Origin: Prevotellaceae bacterium
GTDB lineage: Bacteria; Bacteroidota; Bacteroidia; Bacteroidales; Bacteroidaceae
DNA: 64,000 bases
Assembly (NCBI GenBank): GCA_019420585.1
Contig: JAHZGX010000034.1
Span: 36,659 to 100,658 of the forward strand
Direction: 5' to 3'
In this document: positions 1 to 9,460 of the stretch, in pieces
Position numbering within the stretch: the stretch's first letter is position 1
How the letters are laid out: the number at the start of each line of letters is the position of its first letter
The notes under the pieces: model-generated
The model's database searches: none
Seen by the model: only the letters and a program-made list of their open reading frames with translations
Told to the model about the DNA's origin: nothing
Position numbers and translations under genes: made by a program

Positions 1-287
1 CGCCAAATAGTCTTTGCGAGGCACAGATATTAGGAGCGCCAGTGTTGGCAACTCATGTAGGAGGTATCTCTTCTTTGATAAAAGATGGAGAAAGCGGAAT
101 CTTATTTCCAGCAAATGACCCTTATACCTTGGCTTCTTTGCTAAAAAGGATAGTACAGGAAAAGGGATTGGCTGAAGCATTAGGAAATGAAGCAAGAAAA
201 CAGGCTTTACAACGCCATAATCCAGAGCATATCAAACAAACATTAGTACAAATTTATCGCCGGATTATCAATGAAAGCAATCGTTAA
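1..287 (+). CDS. glycosyltransferase family 1 (GT4-type), C-terminal fragment; the 5' end lies upstream of the window
   Basis: The frame stays open back to nt 3 (PNSLCEAQILGAPVLATHVGGISSLIKDGESGILF). This is the typical GT1 C-terminal nucleotide-sugar binding region. Confidence 0.75.
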   Translation, partial: PNSLCEAQILGAPVLATHVGGISSLIKDGESGILFPANDPYTLASLLKRIVQEKGLAEALGNEARKQALQRHNPEHIKQTLVQIYRRIINESNR

Positions 288-900
288 CACTATTTTCTTA
301 CTTGGCTGTTGGATAGGCAGATTGTTGGCAGTGATAGGTACAAAAGGTGATTTCTTATGGTATGTGTTTCGCCGTGCAATAGTAACAGGGCGGCAAAAAG
401 GACATTTTAGATCATTTGGCTTAGGAAGTAAGTTAGCTCCCCAGTTATCTTTGCTGAATCCTCAATATATCACTGTAGGACGAAATGTTTCTATTATGTC
501 GCATTGCGTGTTGGAATGCAGTCCTGCTTCAGGGCTGCATCCTGAAATAATTTTAGGTAACAATATATCCATAGGCGAGTATTCTCATATAACTTGCGCC
601 CGTCGGATAGAGATTGGTGACGGTTTGTTGACAGGCCGTTTTGTGTTAATCACAGACAATGGGCATGGAGATAATCGTGCGGAAGAACTTGACACCAATC
701 CTTTACTTAGAAAAATCAGCTCGTCGGGGCCTGTAATAATTGGAAGAAATGTTTGGATTGGCGACAAAGCAACAGTATTGCCCAATGTTACGATAGGCGA
801 TGGGGCTGTTATTGCAGCCAATGCTGTAGTCACCAAAAGCATTCCTCCATACTGTATAGCTGCAGGATGCCCAGCTAAAGTTGTAAAGACAATTAAATAA
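271..900 (+). CDS. hexapeptide-repeat (left-handed beta-helix) O-acetyltransferase, WbbJ/maltose-acetyltransferase-like
   Basis: Repeated [LIV]-G-x4 hexapeptides (IGDGLLTG, IGRNVWIGDKATVLPNVTIGDGAVIAANAVV) followed by PPYCIAAGCPAKVVK. Overlaps the upstream gene by 17 nt, consistent with an operon. Confidence 0.8.
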   Translation: MKAIVNTIFLLGCWIGRLLAVIGTKGDFLWYVFRRAIVTGRQKGHFRSFGLGSKLAPQLSLLNPQYITVGRNVSIMSHCVLECSPASGLHPEIILGNNISIGEYSHITCARRIEIGDGLLTGRFVLITDNGHGDNRAEELDTNPLLRKISSSGPVIIGRNVWIGDKATVLPNVTIGDGAVIAANAVVTKSIPPYCIAAGCPAKVVKTIK

Positions 901-922
901 CGAATAATCAAATATAATTTTT

Positions 923-2065
923 ATGAAAGTAATACCGGTATATCTTCCGCAATTCCATACTATTCCAGAGAATGATAAATGGTGGGGAAAGGGGTTCACG
1001 GAATGGGTGAATGTAAAAGGAGCAAAACCTCTGTTTGAAGGTCACAACCAGCCACGTGTACCCCTGAATGATAATTATTATGATTTGAACGATGTGGAAA
1101 CGCTGAAGTGGCAGTGCAAATTAGCCAAAGATTATGGCATTTATGGCTTTTGTATGTATCACTATTGGTTTAGTGGGAAAGTGTTGCTTCATAAGCCAAT
1201 GGAATTATTATTGTCGCATCCTGAAATCGATATTAAATATTGTATCAGTTGGGCAAATGGAGAATGGCGAGATACATGGAAACACAAAGATCAGAAGCAG
1301 ACGAAAATCTTAATTTTTGATGATTATGATAATGAAGCTTTATGGGTAGATCATTTTAATTATATGCTTCCCTTTTTTAAAGACCCACGTTATATGAGGG
1401 AAGATGGGAAACCTCTTTTGGTAATTTATTCACCACACTTAATTCCAAAACTAAACAAGATGTTGGATTTGTGGAATGATATGGCTAAAAAGGAGGGGCT
1501 AAATGGTTTAATATATATATATCAAAGTGCTTCTGCGAGTTTTGATAGTTCGTGGGATAGGTCACGTTTCACCTATGGTGTAGAAATGAACCCTGGATAT
1601 GCCAAAGGTATAGATTCTGTAAATCGTAATAAAATAAAACATTTTGCGATAAGAAAAATAGGATGGATAAAAAGAAAACTAAATATTAAGCGCAGCCTTT
1701 ATATCAGTAAAACTAATAATAATATTTATCATGACGACTATGATGCTATTTGGCAGAAAATATTAACGCTCCGTCCTCAAAAAGGACAGCGGATGCTTCC
1801 ATGTGCTTTTACCGATTGGGATAATTCCCCACGGTTCGGAATTAATGGTAGCATGTATGATGATGTAACTACGGATAAATTCCGCCATTATTTTGCATTA
1901 CTTGTTGAAAATGCTAAAAAATATTATCATAGTGACAAAATATTTGTTTTCGCTTGGAACGAATGGGCGGAAGGTGGATATTTAGAGCCAGATAATTTAT
2001 ATGGTTATGGATTCCTCGAGGCTATAAAAAAAGTTCTTGATGAAGAAAATGCTAATACAATTTGA
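923..2065 (+). CDS. WbsX-family glycosyltransferase-like protein
   Basis: The N-terminus YLPQFHTIPENDKWWGKGFTEWVNV is the signature start of the Glyco_tran_WbsX family found in O-antigen and capsule loci. Confidence 0.7.
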   Translation: MKVIPVYLPQFHTIPENDKWWGKGFTEWVNVKGAKPLFEGHNQPRVPLNDNYYDLNDVETLKWQCKLAKDYGIYGFCMYHYWFSGKVLLHKPMELLLSHPEIDIKYCISWANGEWRDTWKHKDQKQTKILIFDDYDNEALWVDHFNYMLPFFKDPRYMREDGKPLLVIYSPHLIPKLNKMLDLWNDMAKKEGLNGLIYIYQSASASFDSSWDRSRFTYGVEMNPGYAKGIDSVNRNKIKHFAIRKIGWIKRKLNIKRSLYISKTNNNIYHDDYDAIWQKILTLRPQKGQRMLPCAFTDWDNSPRFGINGSMYDDVTTDKFRHYFALLVENAKKYYHSDKIFVFAWNEWAEGGYLEPDNLYGYGFLEAIKKVLDEENANTI

Positions 2066-2100
2066 TAAAATTGCTAATTCAACTAACTCTCTCCTGATAT

Positions 2101-3117
2101 ATGAATGTTGGTATTGTAGCGGCGAAGCGAATTATAAAAATAAGACTTAACGATTTTTTTTGCAAGTCTCGATACTATAGCATTACCTTTGCTGCATGGG
2201 ATTTATTATGGTGGATTTGTTTCTATACACATATGCCCATATCGTGGAAGTTATCGACCTTTGCCATAAAGCGCAAGACTAAGTGGCTTGACTGCTATAT
2301 GGAGCGAAATTATGGCAATATAATTGCAACTCATTCACAGATTGTTGTTTTGCATAATAAAAATGAACATAATGAACCTCGTATTTGGGTATTTTGGGGA
2401 CAGGGTGAGGCAGATATGCCCAATCTTATTAGAGCTTGTTACAAGCAGTTGACTTTGTTCAATAACAATGTCACTTTAGTTACGAAGGCAAATCTACAGA
2501 AGTTTCTTTATATACCAAAGGATGTGTATCGTAAAGTTGAACAAGAGAATATTACTTGGGCTCATTTCAGCGACATCGTTCGCACTTCGTTACTTGCACG
2601 CTATGGCGGATTATGGCTTGATGCAACAGTATGGGTGACAAGACCTTTCCCATTTGAGAAGTTTGCGAAGTTGCCGTTCTTTTCTGCAAATGGTAAAGTG
2701 GAAGTAAGTGGCAGGAGTGTTCGGTTCTGGAGTTCATTTCAATGGAATTGGAGTACTTGGTGCATGTATGCAGCGATGCCAAACACTATTTTATTTGGAT
2801 TTGTAAGTCAAATGATGCAGGCGATAGCCATTCGGGAAAAATATTGGCCTGACTATGTTTTGCAAGATTATCTCATTTACTATGCATGCCGCAAATTTCC
2901 GAATGTAGGTGAAGCAATGGCTGAGTGCAACAAGTTTGAGTTCCGTTCCCGTAACCGTCTAGCAGAGTTAATGAATAGTCCTTACTGTGAGGATGAATAT
3001 AAAAAACTTACTGCTACAGACTATATATTCAAACTGAGCTTTCGATCGAACTGTGCAAGTAAAACAAATGGTGGTAGGGCTACTTTTTATGGAAAACTTA
3101 TCTGTAATTTAGATTAA
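2101..3117 (+). CDS. capsular polysaccharide synthesis protein (Caps_synth / OCH1-like DXD glycosyltransferase); start uncertain
   Basis: Motifs IWVFWGQG..MP.LI..C and FSDIVRTSLLARYGGLWLDATVWV match the Caps_synth/Gly_transf_sug family. An alternative start is at 2233. A T8 run lies at 2154-2161 near the 5' end. Confidence 0.65.
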   Translation: MNVGIVAAKRIIKIRLNDFFCKSRYYSITFAAWDLLWWICFYTHMPISWKLSTFAIKRKTKWLDCYMERNYGNIIATHSQIVVLHNKNEHNEPRIWVFWGQGEADMPNLIRACYKQLTLFNNNVTLVTKANLQKFLYIPKDVYRKVEQENITWAHFSDIVRTSLLARYGGLWLDATVWVTRPFPFEKFAKLPFFSANGKVEVSGRSVRFWSSFQWNWSTWCMYAAMPNTILFGFVSQMMQAIAIREKYWPDYVLQDYLIYYACRKFPNVGEAMAECNKFEFRSRNRLAELMNSPYCEDEYKKLTATDYIFKLSFRSNCASKTNGGRATFYGKLICNLD

Positions 3118-3122
3118 ATATT

Positions 3123-4286
3123 ATGCTTGATAGATTTAAGATTTTCCAGTGGATAACCATTGCCTATATGGTTGTATTAAGTATTTACATTCCAGGAGTA
3201 CTTGACCCTATATATGGAATAGATAAATTGGCTGTATATATATTATCAATTGGGGCATTCTTTCTTATTGATTTTAGAGTGTCAATAGTATTCCTATTAG
3301 GTTTGCAATGTTTAATAATACAGTTTTTTGTTGCAAAGTTTCATCCCGAATCGTTTAGGTTATCGACACTCTTATATTCGTTTCTATTAATGATGTCGTT
3401 TATCAGTGTGTATACATTTGTGTATAATCATAATGTTTTAACATTGAAGCAATTTATCAAATTAGTGAGAATAATGATAGTAACATTTTTTATTATATGT
3501 ATTATCCAACAAATTCTTTTACTTGCAGGTTTCAGACACATACCATGGTTGAATCTAAGATTTCTTGACCGTGGTGTAGGGTGTTCTTCACTTTCGTATG
3601 AACCGAGTGCTTTTGCTCGTTTTATGTTTGTATATTATTTTGCATATATTAAGTGCAGTGGCTATTTGGAGAATAAAAAGTTAACAATTAAGGACTTATT
3701 TAGTGAATCTCATCGTAAAATCACCCTTATGTTTTTATGGATGATGACTACTATGGGGAGTGGAACGGCATTTGTCTGCTTGTCTTTTCTATTGCTTGTT
3801 TTTGTAACAAAATACAATTGGTATTATGTTGTACCTATTGTATTGGTTGTGGTATTTGTTATATTACCTATGCTTGATTTTGAACAATCAAATAGGGCAG
3901 CAAAGGTTATGTCTGCAATGACTACTCTTGACCAAAAGCAAGTGGAAATGGCAGATGGTTCCGGGGCAAGCAGAATAAGCCCATTTCTTAATTCATTATC
4001 CGTGGATTTGACAAAAAAAGAAACTTGGTTGGGATATGGAACTGATTATGCTGTAAAGCACAATTTTTTTGTACTGCAAAAAGGTACATTGTTTGATGAT
4101 TATGGACTTATTTGGTATATTTTCATTTTGTTTTTTTCATTGTTTTCTACTTATGGCTTTTCTTTTTTCACTATATTGCTAATGTTTTCAGGTCTTGCTG
4201 GAGGTGCTAATGGAAACATTAATTATTCATGGGGATTGATGTTTATAGTTTCGTGTGTCAGATATTTTGAACAAAACAGAAATTGA
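3123..4286 (+). CDS. polytopic membrane protein, O-antigen polymerase (Wzy)-like
   Basis: 387 aa, very hydrophobic, about 10 predicted TM segments with one larger loop (residues about 255-300). Sits inside a glycan locus. No sequence motif recognised, so the call rests on context. Confidence 0.45.
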   Translation: MLDRFKIFQWITIAYMVVLSIYIPGVLDPIYGIDKLAVYILSIGAFFLIDFRVSIVFLLGLQCLIIQFFVAKFHPESFRLSTLLYSFLLMMSFISVYTFVYNHNVLTLKQFIKLVRIMIVTFFIICIIQQILLLAGFRHIPWLNLRFLDRGVGCSSLSYEPSAFARFMFVYYFAYIKCSGYLENKKLTIKDLFSESHRKITLMFLWMMTTMGSGTAFVCLSFLLLVFVTKYNWYYVVPIVLVVVFVILPMLDFEQSNRAAKVMSAMTTLDQKQVEMADGSGASRISPFLNSLSVDLTKKETWLGYGTDYAVKHNFFVLQKGTLFDDYGLIWYIFILFFSLFSTYGFSFFTILLMFSGLAGGANGNINYSWGLMFIVSCVRYFEQNRN

Positions 4287-4287
4287 T

Positions 4288-5283
4288 ATGATTCATAATA
4301 ATCGAGTTTTTCAAAGAGAGAGGGGGGTAGATATAGTTAAAGGACTATCTATACTTTGCATAACATTCTTGCATTATGAAGACGGTTTGCTAAATGAAAG
4401 GTGGAATGTATTTATCAGTTTGTTTATGGTTTCCATGTTCTATTTTGTGGCAGGTTGGGTAAATGCATTAACTGGTAAAAATCTTACGACCAAAAAGTTA
4501 GCTGCAAAAAGATGGAGACAAATAGGACTCCCTTATGTTTATTGGAGTCTCATCATTATATGTTTTGATTTTATCTTATTCGCTTTTCAATATTATGACC
4601 TTTATTTTATCAGTAGAGAGATGTATAAAACTCTTACATTGCGGGGTATTGGAACATTATGGTTCTTGCCCGCATTGTTTGGAGGGGAGTTGATTTGGAA
4701 CTGGCTTAAAAATAAAACGTGGATTTATTTAGTTCTTGCCTTTTGTTTATCTTTGACTTATCTGCATTTTTATACGGAAGTTTTCGCAGGGAAAGAGAAA
4801 AATATTTATAAGATTATTGGTGCGCCTTTTTATTCTATTAGTAGTATCTTGAATGCATGGATTATTATAGGAATAGGTTATTATGCATATAATTTGATAC
4901 AATATCTTAAGATTTTCAAACATTGGTTTTCGGTAATTGGTTTATTACTAACAATAGGTGCCTATTGGTGGATTCCGTATGTTTATGTTCCATATTTGCT
5001 TTCCACAATGGAATGCTTGGGCTTGATACTTATATTTTATTCGTGTCAACACTGGAAAATTTGGAATTATTTTGATTATTGGGGACGTAATTCTCTCTCT
5101 CTTATGGTAACGCATTACTCAATAACGTTGGTGATATGTAAGATTATAGTTGAAAATATTTTAAAAATGCAATTTAATGGATGGGTAACTATATATGCAT
5201 TTGTGGCATCTATGTTTTTTACATATTCTATCACGCTTATTCTTAATAAATACTTCCCTTATCTACTCGGGAAGAAAATGTAA
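4288..5283 (+). CDS. membrane acyltransferase family 3 (O-acetyltransferase)
   Basis: Polytopic membrane protein with an N-terminal R..(G)VDIVKGLSILCI..LH segment typical of Acyl_transf_3. The ATG at 4288 follows the upstream stop (4284-4286); the ORF-track start at 4255 overlaps the previous gene. Confidence 0.7.
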   Translation: MIHNNRVFQRERGVDIVKGLSILCITFLHYEDGLLNERWNVFISLFMVSMFYFVAGWVNALTGKNLTTKKLAAKRWRQIGLPYVYWSLIIICFDFILFAFQYYDLYFISREMYKTLTLRGIGTLWFLPALFGGELIWNWLKNKTWIYLVLAFCLSLTYLHFYTEVFAGKEKNIYKIIGAPFYSISSILNAWIIIGIGYYAYNLIQYLKIFKHWFSVIGLLLTIGAYWWIPYVYVPYLLSTMECLGLILIFYSCQHWKIWNYFDYWGRNSLSLMVTHYSITLVICKIIVENILKMQFNGWVTIYAFVASMFFTYSITLILNKYFPYLLGKKM

Positions 5284-5301
5284 TCACAAATAAATAAAGA
5301 T

Positions 5302-6147
5302 ATGAACAATATAGGTTTTTCAATTGTTATAGCCAATTATAATAGCGGACAATATCTTGAAGATGCGATATTGTCTGTAATAAGGCAAAACTATTCTAAA
5401 GTACAACTGATAGTCATAGATGGTGCTTCAACCGACAAATCTGTTGATATCATAAAACGTCACGAGAAGGATATAGACTATTGGATTTCCGAGAAAGACA
5501 ACGGACAGAGTGATGCATTCAATAAAGGTTTTATGCAAGCTCGGTATGATTGGTTGTTTTGGCTCAATGCAGACGATTTCTTGCTGAAGGATTCTCTCAA
5601 AAAACTTGATAAAGGCATTAGGAAACTATTGGCAAATAAAGCATCGAGGGGGGGGGATTTTTGGTTCACATTTGACAATGTTTTGGTAAAAGAGGATGGA
5701 ACTACGAGTAGAACTTTGTATGGCCCGGCCTGGAATGATTTCTTCTGCTCGCGAGTTGGACCTCAAATTTATTCGGCTACAACTGTCTTTCATAGGACAT
5801 TGTTTGAACGCTCTAAGAAGTTTGATACTTCATTGTATTGGTCGATGGATTTGGATTTGTGGTATCAATTTTTCAATTTAGGAGAGAAATATTCTATAGT
5901 CCATAAGTTTATATATGGGTTTAGAATCAACCCACAGTCGAAAACAATAAGTAATGGAGTTGATGCTAATACCGAGCGAAGTGAGGAAAGGCTCCGTCAA
6001 TCTGCATACATGGTTAAAAAGAATAATATGAATATCCAATATAAGTGGATAAAATGGCTGAAATTGTACAAGACATTTAATGTTTATCCAATTAATGTGT
6101 TCTATACATTGCTTTATAGGGGTAAACAGTGGCGCTGGTGGATTTAG
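5302..6147 (+). CDS. glycosyltransferase family 2
   Basis: FSIVIANYNSGQYLEDAILSVIRQNY..LIVIDGASTDKS and DNGQSDAFNKG are the canonical GT2 N-terminal domain. Confidence 0.85.
   Translation: MNNIGFSIVIANYNSGQYLEDAILSVIRQNYSKVQLIVIDGASTDKSVDIIKRHEKDIDYWISEKDNGQSDAFNKGFMQARYDWLFWLNADDFLLKDSLKKLDKGIRKLLANKASRGGDFWFTFDNVLVKEDGTTSRTLYGPAWNDFFCSRVGPQIYSATTVFHRTLFERSKKFDTSLYWSMDLDLWYQFFNLGEKYSIVHKFIYGFRINPQSKTISNGVDANTERSEERLRQSAYMVKKNNMNIQYKWIKWLKLYKTFNVYPINVFYTLLYRGKQWRWWI
5648..5656 (+). repeat. G9 homopolymer tract inside the GT2 coding sequence
   Basis: Counted directly: gcatcgaGGGGGGGGGattt, read as AGG GGG GGG GAT (R-G-G-D) at about codon 116 of 281. The surrounding DNA is AT-rich. Confidence 0.95.
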
Positions 6148-6162
6148 AAAATAGAGTGAGAA

Positions 6163-7131
6163 ATGGACTTGACTTTAGCAATATGCATGTACAATGCAGA
6201 AAAATATATAGAAGAGACACTGGGTTGCCTCATGGCACAAACTGTGCAGGACTTTCATCTGCTCATTGTGAATGATTGCTCCACCGATGAATCGGTGGAA
6301 CGTGTGGAGCGATTCTTCGAACGGCATCCCCGGCAATATGAACTTGTTATGCTGCCGGTGAATGGCGGACTGTGTGCTGGACGACGCTATGTGGAGGAGC
6401 ATGCCACTACTCGGTATATTCTATTTGTTGATGCCGATGATTGTCCGCTGCCGACTTTGGTGGAGAAGCTATATGGCAAAATATCGGCTGATGCCGATTT
6501 AATGGCAGTTGGGTGCCATCAGTCGTTTATTGACAGTAATGGAAAGCCATTGACAGGTGGTATTTTCCTCGGTGAAACTGACAAGGAGGGATTCTACTTA
6601 AAGGCTAAACGCGAGAAGTTGATTTTTATGCAGCCTACGGCAGTGTATGACCGCGAGGTGGCTCTTCGAGTGGGCGGACATAATGTGGATGGTTTTCCTG
6701 AAGGCAAACCACGGTATCAAGACTTATGCGAAGACTTGGATTTGTGGACACGCATGAGTGACTTGTATAAAGAAAAGAAAGCTATTGTCGTAGTACCAGA
6801 AATATTATGCAGATACAGGAAGCATGAACAGGCTCTTTCGGCCAACTCATTGGGAATGATACTTCGGATGCGACACATCAAAACCAATCTAAAGCGTCGG
6901 AGAAGGGGAGAAAGGGAACTTTCCTTTATAGAGTTTCGTGAAACGATGAGCGAAGAGGAACTGAAGAAACTGGAAAAAGAGGCACAGGCAGCCAACAGCC
7001 TTCGTAATGCTTATTATTACCTGAAGAAAGGTAACGTGATTTTGTTTGTTAGGGATTTATGTATATCTATATATAACAATCCTGCATATATTGTAGATAA
7101 AGTAAAGCACAATCTGTTAAGAATGAAATAA
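6163..7131 (+). CDS. glycosyltransferase family 2
   Basis: LAICMYNAEKYIEETLGCLMAQTVQDFHLLIVNDCSTDES and a later FVDADD (DXD) motif. Confidence 0.85.
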   Translation: MDLTLAICMYNAEKYIEETLGCLMAQTVQDFHLLIVNDCSTDESVERVERFFERHPRQYELVMLPVNGGLCAGRRYVEEHATTRYILFVDADDCPLPTLVEKLYGKISADADLMAVGCHQSFIDSNGKPLTGGIFLGETDKEGFYLKAKREKLIFMQPTAVYDREVALRVGGHNVDGFPEGKPRYQDLCEDLDLWTRMSDLYKEKKAIVVVPEILCRYRKHEQALSANSLGMILRMRHIKTNLKRRRRGERELSFIEFRETMSEEELKKLEKEAQAANSLRNAYYYLKKGNVILFVRDLCISIYNNPAYIVDKVKHNLLRMK

Positions 7132-8447
7132 TGGGAACATCTGATTTCTTGAAAAGAATATTTGACTTTCTGAATAAGGAAGTGGAATATGCCGTATTGC
7201 GTAACTTTGAGGGGTTGCCATTTCACAATGACAGCCGCGATATTGATATAGCTATTGAAAAAGCGGATTTTAGGAAGATACGCACACAGCTAATTGCACT
7301 AATTGAAAAATCCGGCTGGTATATTGTAACTTATCTGAACAGTGACCGGTTGGTAACGTGGGTATGCGGAATTGTACACGAAGATAACAGCGTCGATTTG
7401 GTGCAGCTTGATTTCTTTTACCACACTTCGGTCTTTGGCATCGTTCTGATAGAGAATAAGGAAATCCTGCGAAACAGACAGTTTAACGGCATGATTTACC
7501 ATGCTGACAAGTCTTTTGAATTTTTGGATAAATATATGTACGACCGTGCAGTAGGTGCGGGTTACCCGGATAAATACAAACAGACACGTCTTGCGGTAGA
7601 AAATAATCCTTTGGTAAAGAATAAGATTAAAGCAGTTTTCGGAATAGAGACATTGGCTACTTGTGACCGTACCGGTAAGACAGATTTGCTGAAAGCCGCC
7701 CTAAAATGGAACTTCAAACGCTTCGGTTTGTCCATACTGGGCAATTATATGCGATTTGAATATCATCATATTAAGAATTATCTCTGTTCCAACACAGGAT
7801 TCAGCATCGGTTTCACTGGACCTGACGGTTCGGGTAAAACGACTGTAATAGATTTGCTAATAGATAATTTAGGTGAGGTTTTCCGCAAAGCTCACATGTA
7901 TTACCATTTCCGTCCTGCCTTGTTCGGCAATCTGGGTGAAGTGGCTCACTCTGCCGGACTAAAAAGAGATGTGGACCGCAATTACAGCGATCCGCACCGG
8001 GGAGGGAAAACAGGTGTGTTGAGTTCATTGGCAAGGTTATTCTATTATTCGATAGACTATATCATCGGTTATTGGGTAAAAGTGAAAAGTGCAACACGCA
8101 TCACCCGAGTAGTAATATTCGACCGATATTATACCGATATTATTTGTGATAGCCGCCGTTCGCGCATTTATCTGAATCCGAAGTTTCTTTATTGGTTCGG
8201 ACGATTGTTTATTCCATCGCTTGATTATAATATCCTGCTGACAGCAAGTACAGATATAATTTTGAATCGCAAGCGTGAATTGGATGAAACGGGAATCAAG
8301 GCCATCAATGACCGCATAGATTACTTGGCGGATAAGAAAGGTTATAAGAAGGTGTTGAATGAAAGCACTCCGGAAGAAGCGGTAAAACTGATATTGTCTT
8401 ACATCTTTGAGAATCAACATAAGAAGAATTTAAAACGATTGAAATGA
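7131..8447 (+). CDS. two-domain protein: N-terminal nucleotidyltransferase-fold-like region fused to a thymidylate-kinase-like P-loop kinase
   Basis: The N-terminus has VLRNFEGLP..SRDIDIAI (pol-beta/NTP_transf_5-like DxD). The C-terminus has the Walker A motif GFTGPDGSGKTT and VVIFDRYYTD (Tmk-type DRY motif). TAATG overlap with the upstream stop. Confidence 0.55.
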   Translation: MGTSDFLKRIFDFLNKEVEYAVLRNFEGLPFHNDSRDIDIAIEKADFRKIRTQLIALIEKSGWYIVTYLNSDRLVTWVCGIVHEDNSVDLVQLDFFYHTSVFGIVLIENKEILRNRQFNGMIYHADKSFEFLDKYMYDRAVGAGYPDKYKQTRLAVENNPLVKNKIKAVFGIETLATCDRTGKTDLLKAALKWNFKRFGLSILGNYMRFEYHHIKNYLCSNTGFSIGFTGPDGSGKTTVIDLLIDNLGEVFRKAHMYYHFRPALFGNLGEVAHSAGLKRDVDRNYSDPHRGGKTGVLSSLARLFYYSIDYIIGYWVKVKSATRITRVVIFDRYYTDIICDSRRSRIYLNPKFLYWFGRLFIPSLDYNILLTASTDIILNRKRELDETGIKAINDRIDYLADKKGYKKVLNESTPEEAVKLILSYIFENQHKKNLKRLK

Positions 8448-9460
8448 ACAAACTAAACTGGGTTGACTCCATTAAGGCAGTTTGTATGATAGCGGTGTAT
8501 TTACTTCATAGTGAAATGTATTATGGCACGGCAGGAGTATCGTATGGTTATGCTGTACAACCTTTTTATGTGAATGCGTTTTTCTTTGTAAGCGGATATC
8601 TGTTTTTTCGGAAATACTTGAATTTAGAAATATCAACAAATGCTAATCTGGGGGGGGGACTGGCACGCTTTAAAAACGTATTCTTCCGCTTAGTAATTCC
8701 TACACTTCTGTTCTCAACGATAATATATATACCTAAAGTGTTATTCCATAGTGGAACGGCTATTTGGAGAGACTATTTTTTTGATGTATTTGGTGGAATT
8801 AGCTATTGGTTTACTTCTGCTTTGGCGGTAGCACAAATTATATTATTGACGCTTTTGCTATTTAGGCAGACTTATATTGGTTTTTATTTGGGTGTGACGT
8901 TTTTGTTAGCTGGTTTAGGTATGCATTTAAACTTGGAACGTACTTCCAATACGGCAGTTGCATTTTTCCCTTGGTTCTATAAAACGGGATTGGTCTATAC
9001 TTTTGTTATGGCTTTAGGCGGATTATATTTTCGTTACGAGGGGAAGATAGACAGTCTGATGAAATACGGTTGGATGGGGACTGCCTTTTTTTACGTATGG
9101 ATTATATTTTCCACATGGGAATTACATAGTGTTAAAACAATAGGATTAGGAGGTATTTGCAATTTTATCGGCTTTGTTTCAATGATTTGCGGAATCGGTT
9201 TGTTGGTTTTGTTGGCAAAACAATTGCGATATTGTAAATGGTTAGAATTTATAGGACGAAATTCAATTGTTTTCTATTTCTTTTCTGGCGTAATGCCAGC
9301 TTTATGGGGAACAATTGCCAATCGTATCATTCTTGAGAAATCTTATATGGTAACACTTCTTGTGGCAACTATTTCAGTATTATGTAGCTATTGTCTTACA
9401 TGGATAATCGTGAAATATTTACCGTTTTTGATTGATTTGCGTAAATTAAAATGTAAATGA
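8444..9460 (+). CDS. membrane acyltransferase family 3 (O-acetyltransferase)
   Basis: N-terminal WVDSIKAVCMIAVYLLH and about 10 TM segments. ATGA overlap with the upstream gene. Confidence 0.7.
   Translation: MNKLNWVDSIKAVCMIAVYLLHSEMYYGTAGVSYGYAVQPFYVNAFFFVSGYLFFRKYLNLEISTNANLGGGLARFKNVFFRLVIPTLLFSTIIYIPKVLFHSGTAIWRDYFFDVFGGISYWFTSALAVAQIILLTLLLFRQTYIGFYLGVTFLLAGLGMHLNLERTSNTAVAFFPWFYKTGLVYTFVMALGGLYFRYEGKIDSLMKYGWMGTAFFYVWIIFSTWELHSVKTIGLGGICNFIGFVSMICGIGLLVLLAKQLRYCKWLEFIGRNSIVFYFFSGVMPALWGTIANRIILEKSYMVTLLVATISVLCSYCLTWIIVKYLPFLIDLRKLKCK
8650..8658 (+). repeat. G9 homopolymer tract inside the acyltransferase coding sequence
   Basis: Counted directly: aatctGGGGGGGGGac, read as CTG GGG GGG GGA (L-G-G-G) at about codon 69-72 of 338. 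Confidence 0.95.

Noticed and set aside
1511-1522. An (AT)6 dinucleotide run inside the WbsX-like gene, and T7-T8/A7 runs elsewhere in the 0.3-9.5 kb block, as further phase-variation switches.
   Set aside because: In DNA of about 30% GC, A/T homopolymers of 7-8 and short AT dinucleotide runs are expected by chance. Only the two G9 tracts stand out against the local composition.
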